Below, one piece after another: positions 39,058-52,477 of a stretch of 64,000 bases of DNA (position 1 is the stretch's first letter; every line of letters begins with the position of its first letter). Position numbers and translations under genes: made by a program. This DNA is from Felis catus (Eukaryota). A model generated the notes under the pieces. It searched no databases and was not told the DNA's origin. It saw only the letters and a list, made by a program, of their open reading frames with translations. The stretch lies in contig NC_058371.1 of the NCBI RefSeq assembly GCF_018350175.1, positions 121,458,001 to 121,522,000 on the forward strand, in the 5' to 3' direction.

Positions 39058-39228
39058 GGGGCGGCTGGGTGGCACAGTCAGTTAAACCTTCAACTCTTGA
39101 TTTCGGCTCGGGTCATGATCTCATGGTTCATGGGATCCAGCCCCACACTGGGTTCTGTGCTGACAACACAGAGCTTATTTAGGATTCTCTCTCTCCCTCT
39201 CTCTCTGCCCCTCCCCCACTCACACTCC

Positions 39229-39260
<32 letters not shown>

Positions 39261-39277
39261 AAAAATAAAAATAAACA
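39058..39277 (+). mobile_element. Older carnivore SINEC (outer element of a triple nest)
   Basis: actcttgatttcggctc-type head; outer TSD AAAATGGARGCCACTRGA at 39040-39057/39740-39757. Confidence 0.92.
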
Positions 39278-39496
39278 GGGGCGCCTGGGTGGCTCTGTCG
39301 GTTGAACGCCCGACTTTGGCTCAGGTCATGATCTCACAGTCCGTGAGTTCCAGCCCCCCATCGGGCTCTGTGCTGACCACTCAGAGCCTGGAGCCTGTTT
39401 CGGATTCTGTGTCTCCCTCTCTCCCTGACCCTCCCCCGTTCGTGCTCTGTCTCTCTCTGTCTCAAAAATAAATAAACGTTAAAAAAAATAAAAATA
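39278..39496 (+). mobile_element. SINEC_Fc2-type SINE (middle of the nest)
   Basis: Begins in the A tail of the previous SINE. Confidence 0.94.
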
Positions 39497-39715
39497 GGGG
39501 CGCCTGGGTGGCGCAGTCGGTTAAGCATCCGACTTCAGCCAGGTCACAATCTCGCGGTCTGTGAGTTGGAGCCCCGCGTCAGGCTCTGGGCTGATGGCTC
39601 AGAGCCTGGAGCCTGTTTCCGATTCTGTGTCTCCCTCTCTCTCTGCCCCTCCCCCGTTCATGCTCTGTCTCTCTCTGTCCCAAAAATAAATAAACGTTGG
39701 AAAAAAAAAAAAAAA
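39497..39715 (+). mobile_element. SINEC_Fc (inner, youngest of the nest)
   Basis: GGCGCAG / cagccaggtc diagnostic head; begins in the tail of the previous SINE. Confidence 0.95.
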
Positions 39716-40685
39716 CAACATTGTTAAAACATAAAAAGTAAAATGGAAGCCACTAGAATTGTAAATGCCTCTCTGAACATTTTTCTTTGTAAGCCTCAAC
39801 AGGTAAGGCTGCTTCTGTGCCCCAGAAAGTGGACTGCGTGCCCTGTGGCCTCCTGATCTGACCACCTTGCTGTTTGTTTCACCAAAATATATTCAGTTGG
39901 TCTTACTTAAAAAAAAAAAAAAAAGAAAAAAAAAAAGAAAATCAGCCAGTATCTAAAGTATTATAAAACATATATGACTTTGAGTTCTTTACCTAAATGT
40001 ATTATATACTTAATCTTTAAAAGCTAAATAACTGAAATATAAATTCTACTCAATTCTCTTTTTCTTATGCTGAGACTAACTACGAGTTCTAACAGTTCAC
40101 AAAATTTTAGTTTGTCAGTTCACATTAGAAAACACAAAAGCGTTTTTATCATGATCAAGTTAATTTATGGAAATTCTAACTCCATGTTATAAATCATTAT
40201 GTTGGCAATTATCTACTTCTGTTACAATATAATGTTTTTAAATACCCATTAAGATTGTGTCTGAAGTGTTTTCCTGTTCATTGTAGGAAGTTTACATGAA
40301 TACAGAGCAAGCAATTATAGGTCTAATGCTCATAATTAGAATGATGAATGATGAATAAGGACATTCATCAAGTCCTAAGGATTCATCTGTCTATTCAGCC
40401 AATTATTTATTAAATACCTATTAGGTGGTAGACACGGTGCTAAGTGTGGACATATAATGGTAAACAGTGCAGACTGGGAATGGGAATGCCTTTTGGAACA
40501 GAATGCAGACATTAAAGAAATAAACCTCAAAGAAATGCATAGTGATAAATTTGATAAAATCTATAAAGACAATAAAGACACCAAGAGTGTTAATGACAGA
40601 AGGAATCTAATTTAGATTAGGGTGTTAGGAAAGTATCCTCCAAGAATGTAATATCTAAAATGAAAGTAAAATAAATTTAACATCA

Positions 40686-43351
40686 ATTGTACACAAACTC
40701 TTCCAGAAAATACAAGCACTACATTAATCATTTAACAAGGCCGTTACCCTGATACCCAAATCAGACAAAACTATTACAAGAAGGAAAGAAAACACCAGAG
40801 AGTTTCCCTCATTAAATAGAAGCAAAAGCCCTCAGCAAAATATTAGCAAACTCAATCCAACGATATAAAAACAGTAATACATCATAAGAAAATGTAAGCC
40901 TCATTCAACATTCTATAATAAAAGATGTAATTCACCACGTCAACAGAATAAAGCAGAAAACTGTGTCACCATCTCAAAAGATGTTGAAATAAATATTTGA
41001 CCAAATTTAACATCCTTTTAGCAAACAGGGAACAGTAAAGAATTTGTTCGGTGTGATAGAGAGCATCTCTAAAATACCTACAGCTAACCTCACAGTTAAT
41101 GATGAAAGGCTGAATGCTTTCTCCCTGCCAGGCTGAATGCTTTCCCATCCTGCCAAGGCACACTCACATTCAGCATCACTTGAGAATCTTGTCAGTGCAA
41201 TAAAGGAAAAAAAAAATAATAATATAACGACATACAGATTGGGGAAAAAAAAAGACACACAGATTGGAATGAATGAAATAAACCTGTCTTTATATTTACA
41301 AACTGTGGAGAAAATCTCAAAGAATTTATTAAAATCTAGTCAAACTAATAAGTGAGTTTAGCAAGAGTGAAGGGAACTGGTCAATATATTTTTTGATAAA
41401 TTATATTTCTGTATTTCTATATAGTATTTCTGTAGTTCTGTTGCATTTCTGTATGTTAGCAATGAACACTTGGAAACTGAAGTTTTGAAATAGCATTGAA
41501 AGAGTGAAATACTTAGCTATAAGTCTAACAAAATTTATGCAATTTCTGGGGCTCCTGGATGGCTCAGTCGGTTAAGCATCTGACTTCAGCTCAGGTCATG
41601 ATCCCGTGGTCCATGAGATCAAGTCCACATTGGGCTCTGTGCTGTTAGTTCAGAGCCTGGAGCTTGCTTCGGACTCTGTCTCCCTCTCTCTGCCCCTCCC
41701 CAACTCACTGTCTGTCTCTATCAAAAAATGAATAAACAGTAAAAAAAAAAAAAAAATGTACCCAGTTTCTGGGTGTTGAAAACTATAAACCCCTATTGAA
41801 AGAAATCAAAGAAGACCTGAATGAAAGAGTCATGTTTATTGTTGGAAAACTCAAGAAAGTTGTGATACAAATTTCTCCAAATTTGATGCATTTCCAATAA
41901 AATCTCAAGACATTTTCTTTCAAAATAAATAAGCAGATTGCAAATCCATATGAAAATGCAAAGGAACTAGAAACCCAAAATAATTTAGCAAGAGAACAAA
42001 TTTAGAAGACTCATACAACCTGATTTTAAGGCTTGTGAAACTGATGAAAGGTACATATATAGATTCATAGAATACAATAAATACCAGAAGTAGAGTGGTT
42101 TGTGTATGGCCAATTGATTTTCCATAAAGATGCAAAGGCATTTCAATGGAGAAAGTATGATTTTCCAATCTGTATGAAAAAAAAGCTTCAACCCACACCT
42201 TATACCATATACAAAAAGGAGCTCAAAATAGATCATATATGAGCACATAAAACTATAAAACTTCTAGAAAAAAACATGAGAAAAGCCTTTGTGATCTTGG
42301 TTTAGGCAGAAATTTCTTAGGTATGACACCAAAAATGTGGCCCATAAAAATATTGATAAATTGGACAATATCATAATTAAAATTTTTTCTTCAAAAGACA
42401 CTGTTAAAAGAATAAGAACAAAATCACAGCAGGGGAAAAAATATTGGCAAAACACATATGTGATACATAACTTGTATCCAGAACTTATAAAGAACACTCA
42501 AGCCTCAAATAATTCAATAAAAATACATAGGCAAAGGTTTCTATATACATTTCACCAAAGAAGAGATACAAGTAGTAAAGAAGCTCACAGAAAGATGTTG
42601 AACATCAAGGGTCATTGGGGAAATAAAAATCAAAACCACAATGGGATATCATTACATGCCTATTAGAAGGGCAAAATTAAAAAAAAAAAGTGGATGAGGA
42701 TGACAGTACCAAGTTCTAACAAGGATATGGCACGTCTGAAACACTCATATATTGATAGTGGGAATGCAGAATGAAACCATTTTGGGAGGAAACAGTTTGG
42801 CCATTTCCTGTAAAATTAAACATACACTTATCATATGATTCACCAAGTCCACTGTTAGGCATTTATCTAAGAGAAATGATAATATAGGTTCATACACAAA
42901 TATGTGAGCAAATATGTATACTAGGTTTATTAATAATCATCAAAAACTGGACACAATCCAAATATCCTTCAACTAGCAAGTAAATAAACAAACCTTACAT
43001 CTGTACAATGGAATAGGACTCAGAAGTAAAAAGGAAAGAATGCCCCCAACAACTTGAGATAAATCTTAAATGCATTTTGCTAAGTTAAAGAAATGAGACT
43101 CAAAGTCTATATAGTGTGATCCAATTTGTATAACACTCTGGAAGAGATCATTGATTGCCAAGAGCTGGGGCTGAGGCAAGAGGTTGATTACAAATACACA
43201 CAATGTAATATTTTGTGGTGGTTGAACTGCTGTATATATAGATTGTGGTGGTGGTAGTTACATGACTGTAGGAATCATTCAAAATTCGTAGACCTCTACA
43301 CTGAAAAGACTAGATATTAATATATTTAGAGTATACTTCAATAAACCTGAC
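40686..43351 (+). mobile_element. Old 5'-truncated L1 (L1MC/L1MD-like), decayed ORF2 plus 3'UTR
   Basis: acacaaactcttccagaaaata...ccctgatacccaaatcagac (RT region) through ...ttcaataaacctgac; no intact frame. Confidence 0.85.
41548..41753 (+). mobile_element. Can-SINE inside the old L1
   Basis: Full head and tail; degenerate TSD. Confidence 0.92.
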
Positions 43352-43480
43352 CCCAAAATTGATAGTTACTACTTACTGTGTATACTTTTAAGAACTTTCA
43401 AATCCTCATACATATGCAAAAGATCTATTATTTTTCCTTTTTTAAGATGAAGTGACAGAGATCAAGAATCATGTTGTCCT

Positions 43481-44030
43481 GCACTCTCAACAATAGCCGA
43501 AGTATGGANNNNNNNNNNNNNNNNNNNNNNNNNNNNNNNNNNNNNNNNNNNNNNNNNNNNNNNNNNNNNNNNNNNNNNNNNNNNNNNNNNNNNNNNNNNN
43601 NNNNNNNNNNNNNNNNNNNNNNNNNNNNNNNNNNNNNNNNNNNNNNGTGAAGCCAGTCGGAGAAAGACAAGTATCATATAACTTCACTCATATGTTGAAT
43701 TTAAGATACAAAACAGATGAACATAAGGGAAGGGAAGCAAAAATAATATAAAAACAGGGAGGGGAACAAAACATAAGAGACTCAAATACAGAGAACAAAC
43801 TGAGGGTTGCTGGAGGGGTTGTGGGTGGAGGGAGGGGCTAAATGGGTAAGGGGCATTAAGGAGGACACTTGTTGGGATGAGCACTGGGTGTTATACGTAG
43901 GGGATGAATCACTGGATTCTATTCCTGAAATCATTATTGATTAGCATTGATTAGCATTGTTGATTAGCATCACTATATGCTAACTTGGATGTAAAAAAAT
44001 AAATAAATAATTTTTAAAAAGTTTTTAAAA
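43481..44030 (+). mobile_element. Carnivore L1 (L1_Carn/L1_Fc-like) 3' end, 5'-truncated
   Basis: caacaatagccgaagtatgga...cagatgaacataagggaaggg...A tail; TSD ARGAATCRTGTTGTCCT (43464-43480/44031-44047). Confidence 0.9.
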
Positions 44031-44039
44031 AGGAATCGT

Positions 44040-44360
44040 GTTGTCCTATATTTCTTAAGGTGAGCCATACTGCAAGCCACGTAGAACCTTTTAAATTTTC
44101 TAGGAGCCATGTTAAAAAAAAATCATAAAAAGAAGCAGATATAATTAATTTTACTAATATGTGTTATTTAACCCGATGTATAAAAATCTTACCATTTCAA
44201 CATGTAACTAATATAGTAGTTACTAATGAGACATTTTATAGTCTTTATATTCAATTAAATCTTTGAAATCTGGTGTGTATTTTATACAATCTCACTTTGG
44301 ACTAGTCACATTTTAACACTCGTCACACATGTGTAGCGGCTCTGGAATTGGACAGAGCAG
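44040..44360 (+). mobile_element. MER33 hAT-Charlie element
   Basis: gcaagccac...ttttaaattttctag...catttcaacatgtaa...gaaatctggtgtgtatttt...attggacagagcag. Confidence 0.8.
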
Positions 44361-45224
44361 ACCAAGAACTTCCCTAAGATTGCATTTGAATCCATGCTCT
44401 CATCTGTACTCAATAGTATGATGTATTTGCCTGGCATCTAACTGAATATTCTGCTGAGAGCTATAACAGAGTCATGATTTTGCAGTGAAAAGGGAGAAAT
44501 GCTATTTAACTATCTGAACATTGAAATCAAGTTATAGGCAACTTGTAAGTTTTATATTAAAGGATATTGTTCTCTGTTCTGATGGATATTCTCTCTTTAA
44601 TACCCAAGAGACATAAGGGTTTTTGGCTTCAATAAACATAGCAATGGCCCCATATAACAAAACAAATCTGATTGACAATGTAGTATAAATAGTGACGAAA
44701 TTAAAATATATGTATGTATATATTTTAATATATGTATATAACTATATTTTTTTCCTGAGATGGCCCTTCAGTGAAGTCATAATGGTGATTGCAGCTACAG
44801 CCCCAGTGCTATCCCTCAAAAATCAGCAATCAGGAAGCATATACCTCTAGTTTTTCCTGAGAATTATCATTAGTACTTTCCATTTATGGCTTCTTCCTTT
44901 TTAAAATTAGTATAATAATATCTTTCTTGCCTAGAGTAAGAGAAATTATAACTCCTAAACAATGGGATTCTAGAGTAGGTTAAAACCATATAAAAAAGCA
45001 TAGTATATGTTTAAGTATTGATGAATAAGCGAATACATGTTGGAGAGACTAGTAGAAAACAGGAGTTCTTATACTTTACTGATGGGTGCCCCAAACTGTG
45101 CAATCTCTATGGGGATATTTTATGAAGATCTTTCAAACTATATTTTGCACATTTATCCTTTGTTTCATGAGTCCCTCTTCTGACAATTTATCTTATAGGT
45201 AAACTTGACCACATCTTGACCAAT

Positions 45225-45590
45225 TACAGCACTGCATGTAATTGCAAAAATTTGTAAATAATCAAAACGTCCCTCTGTGAGGTACTGGTTAAATGAAAGC
45301 AGAACACTACATAACAGCAAAGAGAGAGACAGAGAGAGAAATGTATTCATATGGAAAAATCTCCAAGCCATGTTGTCAGTGCAAAAAGGCAATGTGCAGA
45401 ACATAAATACAATATTTCCCTTTAGGGTAAAAAAAAAAGAGAAAGAAAACGGAAGTATATGTTAGTATGTGCTTTCAGCTTCATAAAGAAATTCTAGAAA
45501 AATACTTAAAAACTAATAAAGTGGTTACTTCTTGTGGGTGGGGGGCAAAGAATGGAATGAGTGAGAGTCAACAGTAGGAATTTGATTTTT
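45225..45590 (+). mobile_element. Ancient L1ME-like 3' fragment
   Basis: gcactgcatgtaattgcaaaaa...atggaaaaatctccaag...gtggttacttct. Confidence 0.5.
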
Positions 45591-45605
45591 CACTTTGTAA
45601 TTTTT

Positions 45606-45805
45606 TTGACGTTTATTCATTTTTGAGAGAGAGATTGAGAGCATGAGCAGGGAGGGGCAGAGAGAGAGGGAGACAGAATCTGAAGTAGGCTACAGGCTCT
45701 GAGCTGTCAGCACAGAGCCAGATGCGGGGCTCAAATTCACAAACCATGAGATCATGACCTGAGCAGAAGTCTGGTGCTTAACCGACTGAGCCACCCAGGC
45801 GCCCC
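45606..45805 (-). mobile_element. Can-SINE
   Basis: TSD ACTTTGTAATTTTT. Confidence 0.93.
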
Positions 45806-45979
45806 TTACTTTGTAATTTTTTAAATTGGCTATTCGTAAACTCAAAGTCAATTCTACTTTATTAACTTTATCATTTTATTTCATTTTAAGTTTTCTGGAC
45901 TTGCTTCAGTAACATTTCCCTTTAGATTACTTAAGAGTAAGATAAAGGTGTAAGGATCACTATTTTCAAACTATTTTTT

Positions 45980-46189
45980 TTTCAGTTTTTTAAATGTTTA
46001 TTTATTTTTGAGAAAGAGAGACAGAGTGAGAGAGAGTGGACAGGGGAGGGGCAGAGAGAGAGGGAGACACAGAATCCAAAGCAGGCTCTAGGCTCTGAGC
46101 CTCCTCGACACGGGGCTCGAACTCAAACCCTGAGATCATGACCTGAGCTGAAGTCAGATGCTTAACTGACTGAGCCACCCAGGCAGCCC
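45980..46189 (-). mobile_element. Can-SINE with a short internal deletion
   Basis: ctgagc|ctcctcgacacgggg lacks tgtcagcacagag; TSD AAACTAWTTTTT. Confidence 0.92.
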
Positions 46190-48358
46190 TAAAACTAATT
46201 TTTATAGTTAAATTTGTTGGATTCCGTTTACGTAATTGCCTAACAGGGCTACACCTTTATTATGTCAATCTATAAACAGCTCCCTGATTTAGAAAATACA
46301 AAAATACTCCTGATATATAGAGCTTTCATAGTAGCTGTTTAAAAACAGAACACATTAAAAATGCTTTTTTAGAAGTACTTCATATATAGATTTCTTGGTA
46401 GGCAGCAATATTTCAATAATAGTGAAGCTAAAAAATGCACTAGATATGAGACTCTTAAGTTGGATATAAATGCTAAAAGTAGGGCTTCCAAGAAAACTGC
46501 TTCAAGATGTGTAAATTGAACAAAAAGAAAAAAATAACTATATTTTTTAGAATTAGAACTATAGCCATTGTTGCTAGATAGATGGAAACAATATCAGTGT
46601 AAGTTAAGATACTGGTTGTGCAATAAAGCACAACTACTACTTTGCTGTTTGCTAGTTTCACTTCATATCTAATATTTCTCCTTTATTCCACCAAGAAATA
46701 GCTACTACTACTCCTACTCCATAGACCCAATGCTCATGTCAAAGATTTGAAATCCTATGCAAGGTTGAGACTTTGGGAGTAGGGATAGAGATGAGACAGT
46801 CATCTCTAGTCGTTGGTCACCCTCTAGTCCTTGGTCATCCACAGGTTAAAACCAAGATGTTCATCACTCATGCCCTCGGTATAGCATCAGATCTGGGTTG
46901 TTTCCTTCTGCTCCACATGATCCTCAGGGCACAGCAGAAATCGTTCTCAAGTGTGGGAACCCTGTGCACTTCCTCTCTAGTGTCTTGCTATCTCCCAGAC
47001 ACTGACAAAAAGTTAGGGCCTACGCGCTACTGCTCTTAAATCCGTAGTAGATAACTCCAGTCTAAAGCCAGAGATCAAGCCAGTATAAAAGCTGTATGTG
47101 GAGCCAAGCCTCCTAATTCTCTAGCTAGTACAACCCTTATTATTCATTGTGAGCAATATAACACCTACTACCACCCTAAAGAACCCAACATGGAACTTGA
47201 TGAATGCTTACAATATGCAGTAGAATGTGCATTCGCATGAGCAAACTCACAAGCTGTGTGTTTTTAGGACGGCCACATTCAACTGAGCTCTTCACGCGTA
47301 GGACTCATGTTGCCAGACACTTCACATTCATTGTTCCATTGAACCTTCCACATTCTAAGAGAGGAAGCTGAAATTCAAAGGATTTAAGTGAACTGCACAA
47401 TGTCTACTTGTCAAAGCCAGAATCTGAATCTGGTTGCGGAGGAGCCTAAAGTCGAATCATTAAGGTTCCTGCTCTGCTACGCACACAGAGGTGGGTACTT
47501 CTTTTTGTGTTTAATATATGGACATCTAGACTCACTGCAAAGGTAATTATGCATCACTATACATTAATTTTTAAGTACCACTTATTTCTCAGCTTAGATA
47601 TGATGCATCAATACTATCACACAACTGAATGCACTTCAGCGTGCTTACAGCCCTACTGACATCTCCCGAAAGACTGCTTCAGCAATTTATGATTTACAGC
47701 CTCCACCATAATATATATATCATCCATAAAAATAGTTCTCAATTGCCCGCACAATATTTCAAAAAGCCAAGTCAATGTTTTACAGTATATTTTATGATAT
47801 AATCAGAGCAGAAGAGATGAATACTTGCATAACTATATTTACCCTCTCCAGTAAATTCGGAAGTAATAAGACATGTATCTTTCTGTATTATGCCCTTCCT
47901 TCCAAATTTGTTGTTTCCAAACACAACATTCCACAGAGTGATCATTTGAAATACATTTCACAAAGTAAGCCCATTCCATATGTTACATAATTGGCTTCCA
48001 TTTCAACAAGGTTGAAACAATTTACAGTTTGATAGTGTCTCAAGTTTATTAAACAGGATTTTATTTTTAGGTAATACCGTCTACTTGGAAAATCGGACTG
48101 TTTTCACATAGCTGTGCATGATTTTTTGAGCCAGGCCCAAGGGCTAAAAACCACACAGGACTGAGTAGATTCCTTAGGGCCATTATGTCTGACTGCAGCT
48201 ATGGACAATCAGCAAACACTTGCCCAGCTAGAAATCCACCTTTTGTCAAGGCCATGCTTTGCATAAAGTAGGAACTCAATACATTTTTTTAAATGAATTG
48301 GCCTAGAATAACTTTTACAAATGCTTAGATGCTCTTACTGGTTCTCTCCCTTTTTTAA

Positions 48359-48525
48359 TGCATGCTTCTCAAATTTTAATTGCATACAATATGAATCACC
48401 TAGGGATCTTTTCAAAACGCCAATTCTGTTTCAGTTGGGTTAAGCACTGACTGATGTTCTGCATTTCTTACAAGCTCCTGAAAGATGTTCGTGCTACTGG
48501 TCCATGAAACACACTGAGAGGCAAG
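48359..48525. mobile_element. MER5A remnant
   Basis: cttctcaaattttaattgcat...gaatcacctaggg...ctgcatttcttacaagctcc...ctggtcc. Confidence 0.65.
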
Positions 48526-49400
48526 GCCATAAACCTTTCTTCAAAATATGATAGTGCTTATACCATTATGCCACCATAGCTGCCTGTAGCGCCCCCTAAG
48601 TCATCACAATAATTGTGACCTTGTATTGATTTGCCTACATTCCTTTCTAAACTATAATCTCTCTGGGGAACAGGGACTCTGTTGTATTCTCAGTGCCTAA
48701 CAGAAAATTAACACTCAATAAAAACCTACTGAAGGTGAATTGGCCAATGAATGAATATGCACAAAAGAAACACTTTTAAAAACACCCTTGAACACATATA
48801 CTAATTTAATCTCCCCTGATGACCCTGCATATAGTACAGTTATTATCATTCCCATTTTAAAGGTAGAAATGGAGACACAGAAATGTTAAGTACCTTATCA
48901 AAGTTTATACACTAATTAGTGTCATTGTTGGGATATGAAGGTAGGCAGTCAGGCCCCACGGTCCATATGTCTAACCACTACACCGTGAAGATAAAAAACA
49001 GAATCTCTGCCTGTCAAGCTTTTTAACACCAATGTTCTTTACATCTGCAGAATGGCGGTCAGACCCATTCTAAAGACTAGTCTGCATATTTCTCTATCTA
49101 GTCCACATGTGGGCATTCTTGGATTTAATTCTTGTGCAACCCCACAGGTTTATGTCATGAAGCAATGTGTAACTTTTCTGGGACACAAATGTGAATGACA
49201 AAAGCTGTGTAAAGCTTGGCCACCCAGACTACGACACTTGGCTGTTCGGGGAGGGGGACCAATGAAGGACCAGCATCTACACAAAAACATAGCTTTATTT
49301 TCCTTTCTTATCGTTGTGCACATAAGAATTCCAGAGGAATGGTATGCCATGGTGGTATTCCCAGATCTGGAACTTGAAAAGGTTTTAAGGGGTATTCCTA

Positions 49401-49623
49401 GGGGCGCCTGGGTGGCGCAGTCGGTTAAGCGTCCGACTTCAGCTCAGGTCACGATCTCGCGGTCCGTGAGTTCCAGCCCCGCGTCAGGCTGTGTGCTGAT
49501 GGCTCAGAGCCTGGAGCCTGTTTCCGATTCTGTGTCTCCCTCTGTCTCTGCCCCTCCCCCGTTCATGCTCTGTCTCTCTCTGTCCCAAAAATAAATAAAC
49601 ATTAAAAAAAAATTTTTTTTAAA
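49401..49623 (+). mobile_element. SINEC_Fc
   Basis: Perfect TSD TAAGGGGTATTCCTA. Confidence 0.96.
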
Positions 49624-50335
49624 TAAGGGGTATTCCTAGAAAAGTGTCAAGGACCTTCTCCATGTTCCTACCTAACATTCTCTTACATGGGCTCCCGAAT
49701 TACAAATCTTTGTGTGATTAAGGAAAAGCAGGGACTGTGTGTATTTAAACATATCAGCTTTTTCTATTTAAAGAGAGATAATACATAACATCGTTTATGA
49801 AAAGGAAAAAAATCATACAACTATTTTAAGAGATAAGTCACTATGGTAACCATTTCTCTGCTTGAATTTAGAAAGGCAATGCCTTCTGCTACTGGAAGAT
49901 TCTCTCGGCTTTTAGCAGCAGATATTATGTATTATTTTCTATTGGGCCTTTTTTTGTCTTATACTAAATAAGTCTTCACATTACCCTACTTAATGGAAAA
50001 TCTCTTGTTATTCTATAGACTATCTCATTGTATATTTCATCATTAAACTGAAATTTTATTGGCTGGAGCACCCTCAAAGACAATGAAATATCTCATCCAC
50101 AATGTTAACAGAGGATCATACGTATCTTGAAAACTTGAAAATCAATGATTTCAAATCCCTATTTTTTTTTCCAGAAAACCATTTCCTAGATAAGAAAGTT
50201 AGTACATAATAACTCTGTATTTTGCACCAAGACAACTTTGTACCTGTATTATTTTCTTACATATCATTGAGAGATCTCCTTCCTGCTCCCCCATATAGTT
50301 ATGCATGTACCATAATTTTAAAGAAGTCTTTCCCA

Positions 50336-50548
50336 GGGTTCCTGGGTGGCTCAGTAGGTTAAGCATCTGACTTTAGCTCAGGTCATGATCTCATGGTTTG
50401 TGAGTTTGAGCCCGGCTTCAGGCTCTGTACTGATAGCTCAGAGCCTGCAGCCTGCTTCGGATTCTGTGTCTTCCGCTCTCTCTGTCCCTCCCCAGCTCAT
50501 GCTCTGTCTCTCTGTGTCTCTCCAAAATGAATAAAAATATATTTTTTA
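50336..50548 (+). mobile_element. Can-SINE
   Basis: TSD AAGTCTTTCCCA. Confidence 0.94.
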
Positions 50549-51422
50549 AAGTCTTTCCCAATCAGTGGCAAGTATTTTCCATATTTCCTGCAAACAGGAA
50601 AGACAATAAATTTTGTTCTGTTTTAACAATACTTCTCCAATCCCATTTAGACCCATTAGTGCTTGCTGCATTAAACAGAGAACTACAATTTCAGAACAAT
50701 AATTGCAATAATAATAGCTATCACTCATTAAGCACTTGCTATGTACCAGACCCTGTTCTAAAACTTCTTATGAGTACTAGATTCACAATTTTGGCACAAC
50801 CAAGGAAAGCCAGAGATAGTGTGCACTTAAAGATCTCAGATTTCTTCATAAAAATGAGATAATATTTAGCATTGATGATAAGGATTTCTCTTTTAATCTC
50901 ACAACAAAGTCTTAAGAGCTTGCTAAGGTACTTCTATGTCCTATAAATCCTCCCTGAAGCCATCGTACAGTTTAAGAAACCCAGTCATTTTTCCTCTGAT
51001 GTCATAGTTTATGAAATGATATAAGCAGTGTATTGGATGTAAATATCTTAATAAGAGCTCAAGAAAAATGGCTCATACTGGATAAAGAGAAAAAAGTGGC
51101 CGGTAAAACATGTAATAAATATTCAACACTCCACATCATGAATGCACAAGACACCAGTATTCCCTAGAATACTATATTAAAGCACCATATTTGTTTTTCT
51201 TTTGCAGTATCCCTGATTATCTGAATTTATATTTGATGTAAGCAATAATATTAGGAATACTATATTTAGACAGGAGAGGGGCATGGAACTTCAATATTTG
51301 TACATACATCAGACGAATATACTGTTGCCACATGTGACCACTATTTTTGGTTTTTGCAAGAAGGTAGATGAGTAGATCATAGTAATAAAAAATCATGCTT
51401 AAGTTAAAGGCCTTACTTATGG

Positions 51423-51562
51423 GGGGCACCTGGGTGGCTCAGTCGGTTAAGCACCTGACTTCAGCTCAGGTCATTATCTCGCGGTCTAGGTTCAGGCCCC
51501 ACATCGGGCTCTGTACTGACAGCTCAGCTGTACATCCAGCTCTGTACTGGAGTCAGCTTCAG

Positions 51563-51613
<51 letters not shown>

Positions 51614-51677
51614 CTCCCCAGCTTGTGCTCTCTCTCAGCAAGAAATAAATAAGCAAACTTAAAAAAGAAATTTTTGA
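51423..51677 (+). mobile_element. Can-SINE (outer of a nested pair), long (CT)n
   Basis: Outer TSD AAAG(G)CCTTACTTAYG encloses both SINEs. Confidence 0.92.
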
Positions 51678-51897
51678 GGGGCGCCTGGGTGACTCAGTTG
51701 GTTAAGCGGCCGACTTCGGCTCAGGTCATGATCTCGCGGTCCAGGAGTTCGAGCCCCGCGTCGGGCTCTGTGCTGACAGCTTGGAGCCTGGAGCCTGCTT
51801 CAGATTCTGTGTCTCCCTCTCTCTGACCCTCCCCCGTTCATGCTCTGTCTCTCTCTGTCTCAAAAATAAATAAATGTTAAAAAAAAAATTTTTTTTT
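51678..51897 (+). mobile_element. SINEC_Fc2-type SINE nested in the previous tail
   Basis: Starts after aaatttttga in the tail. Confidence 0.94.
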
Positions 51898-52259
51898 AAT
51901 TTTTTTGAAAGCCTTACTTACGATTTTGGTAGTTTGTTATATTACACTGGTTTACGAAAGGCAATCAAATTATTTAACCAATTAGATTTTCTCTTCATAT
52001 TCAACTATTATTTCCAGTAAGCACCCTCATAAACTATTTTTACAGTTTAGAGAGGCTATAACAAAATAGCAATGAAATGTACTTCATCACTACCTCATAC
52101 ACCTGAGGTACACCCATGTGATGAACCTTCAGTTAGCATTAACTATATCCACAAAACTTAAAAATTAATAGACTAAGTGTGTCACCTCTTGACAAGACTA
52201 TAATGGCCCTTAGTTTTTCCAAATTCCATTCTGTGATTCATTTTTAAAAATCAAGTCTT

Positions 52260-52477
52260 GGGGTGCCTGGGTGGCGCAGTCGGTTAAGCGTCCGACTTCA
52301 GCCAGGTCACGATCTCGCCGTCCGTGAGTTCGAGCCCCGCGTCAGGCTCTGGCCTGATGGCTCAGAGCCTGGAGACTGTTTCCGATTCTGTGTCTCCCTC
52401 TTTCTCTGCCCCTAGCCCGTTCATGCTCTGTCTCTCTCTGTCCCAAAAATAAATAAACGTTGAAAAAAAAATTTTTT
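52260..52477 (+). mobile_element. SINEC_Fc (young)
   Basis: 16-bp TSD TTAAAAATCAAGTCTT. Confidence 0.96.

Noticed and set aside
41107-41154. 23-bp tandem duplication inside the old L1
   Set aside because: Ordinary slippage in dead repeat sequence.
40686-43351. Possible active L1 reverse transcriptase
   Set aside because: Multiple stops and frameshifts plus a SINE insertion; long dead.
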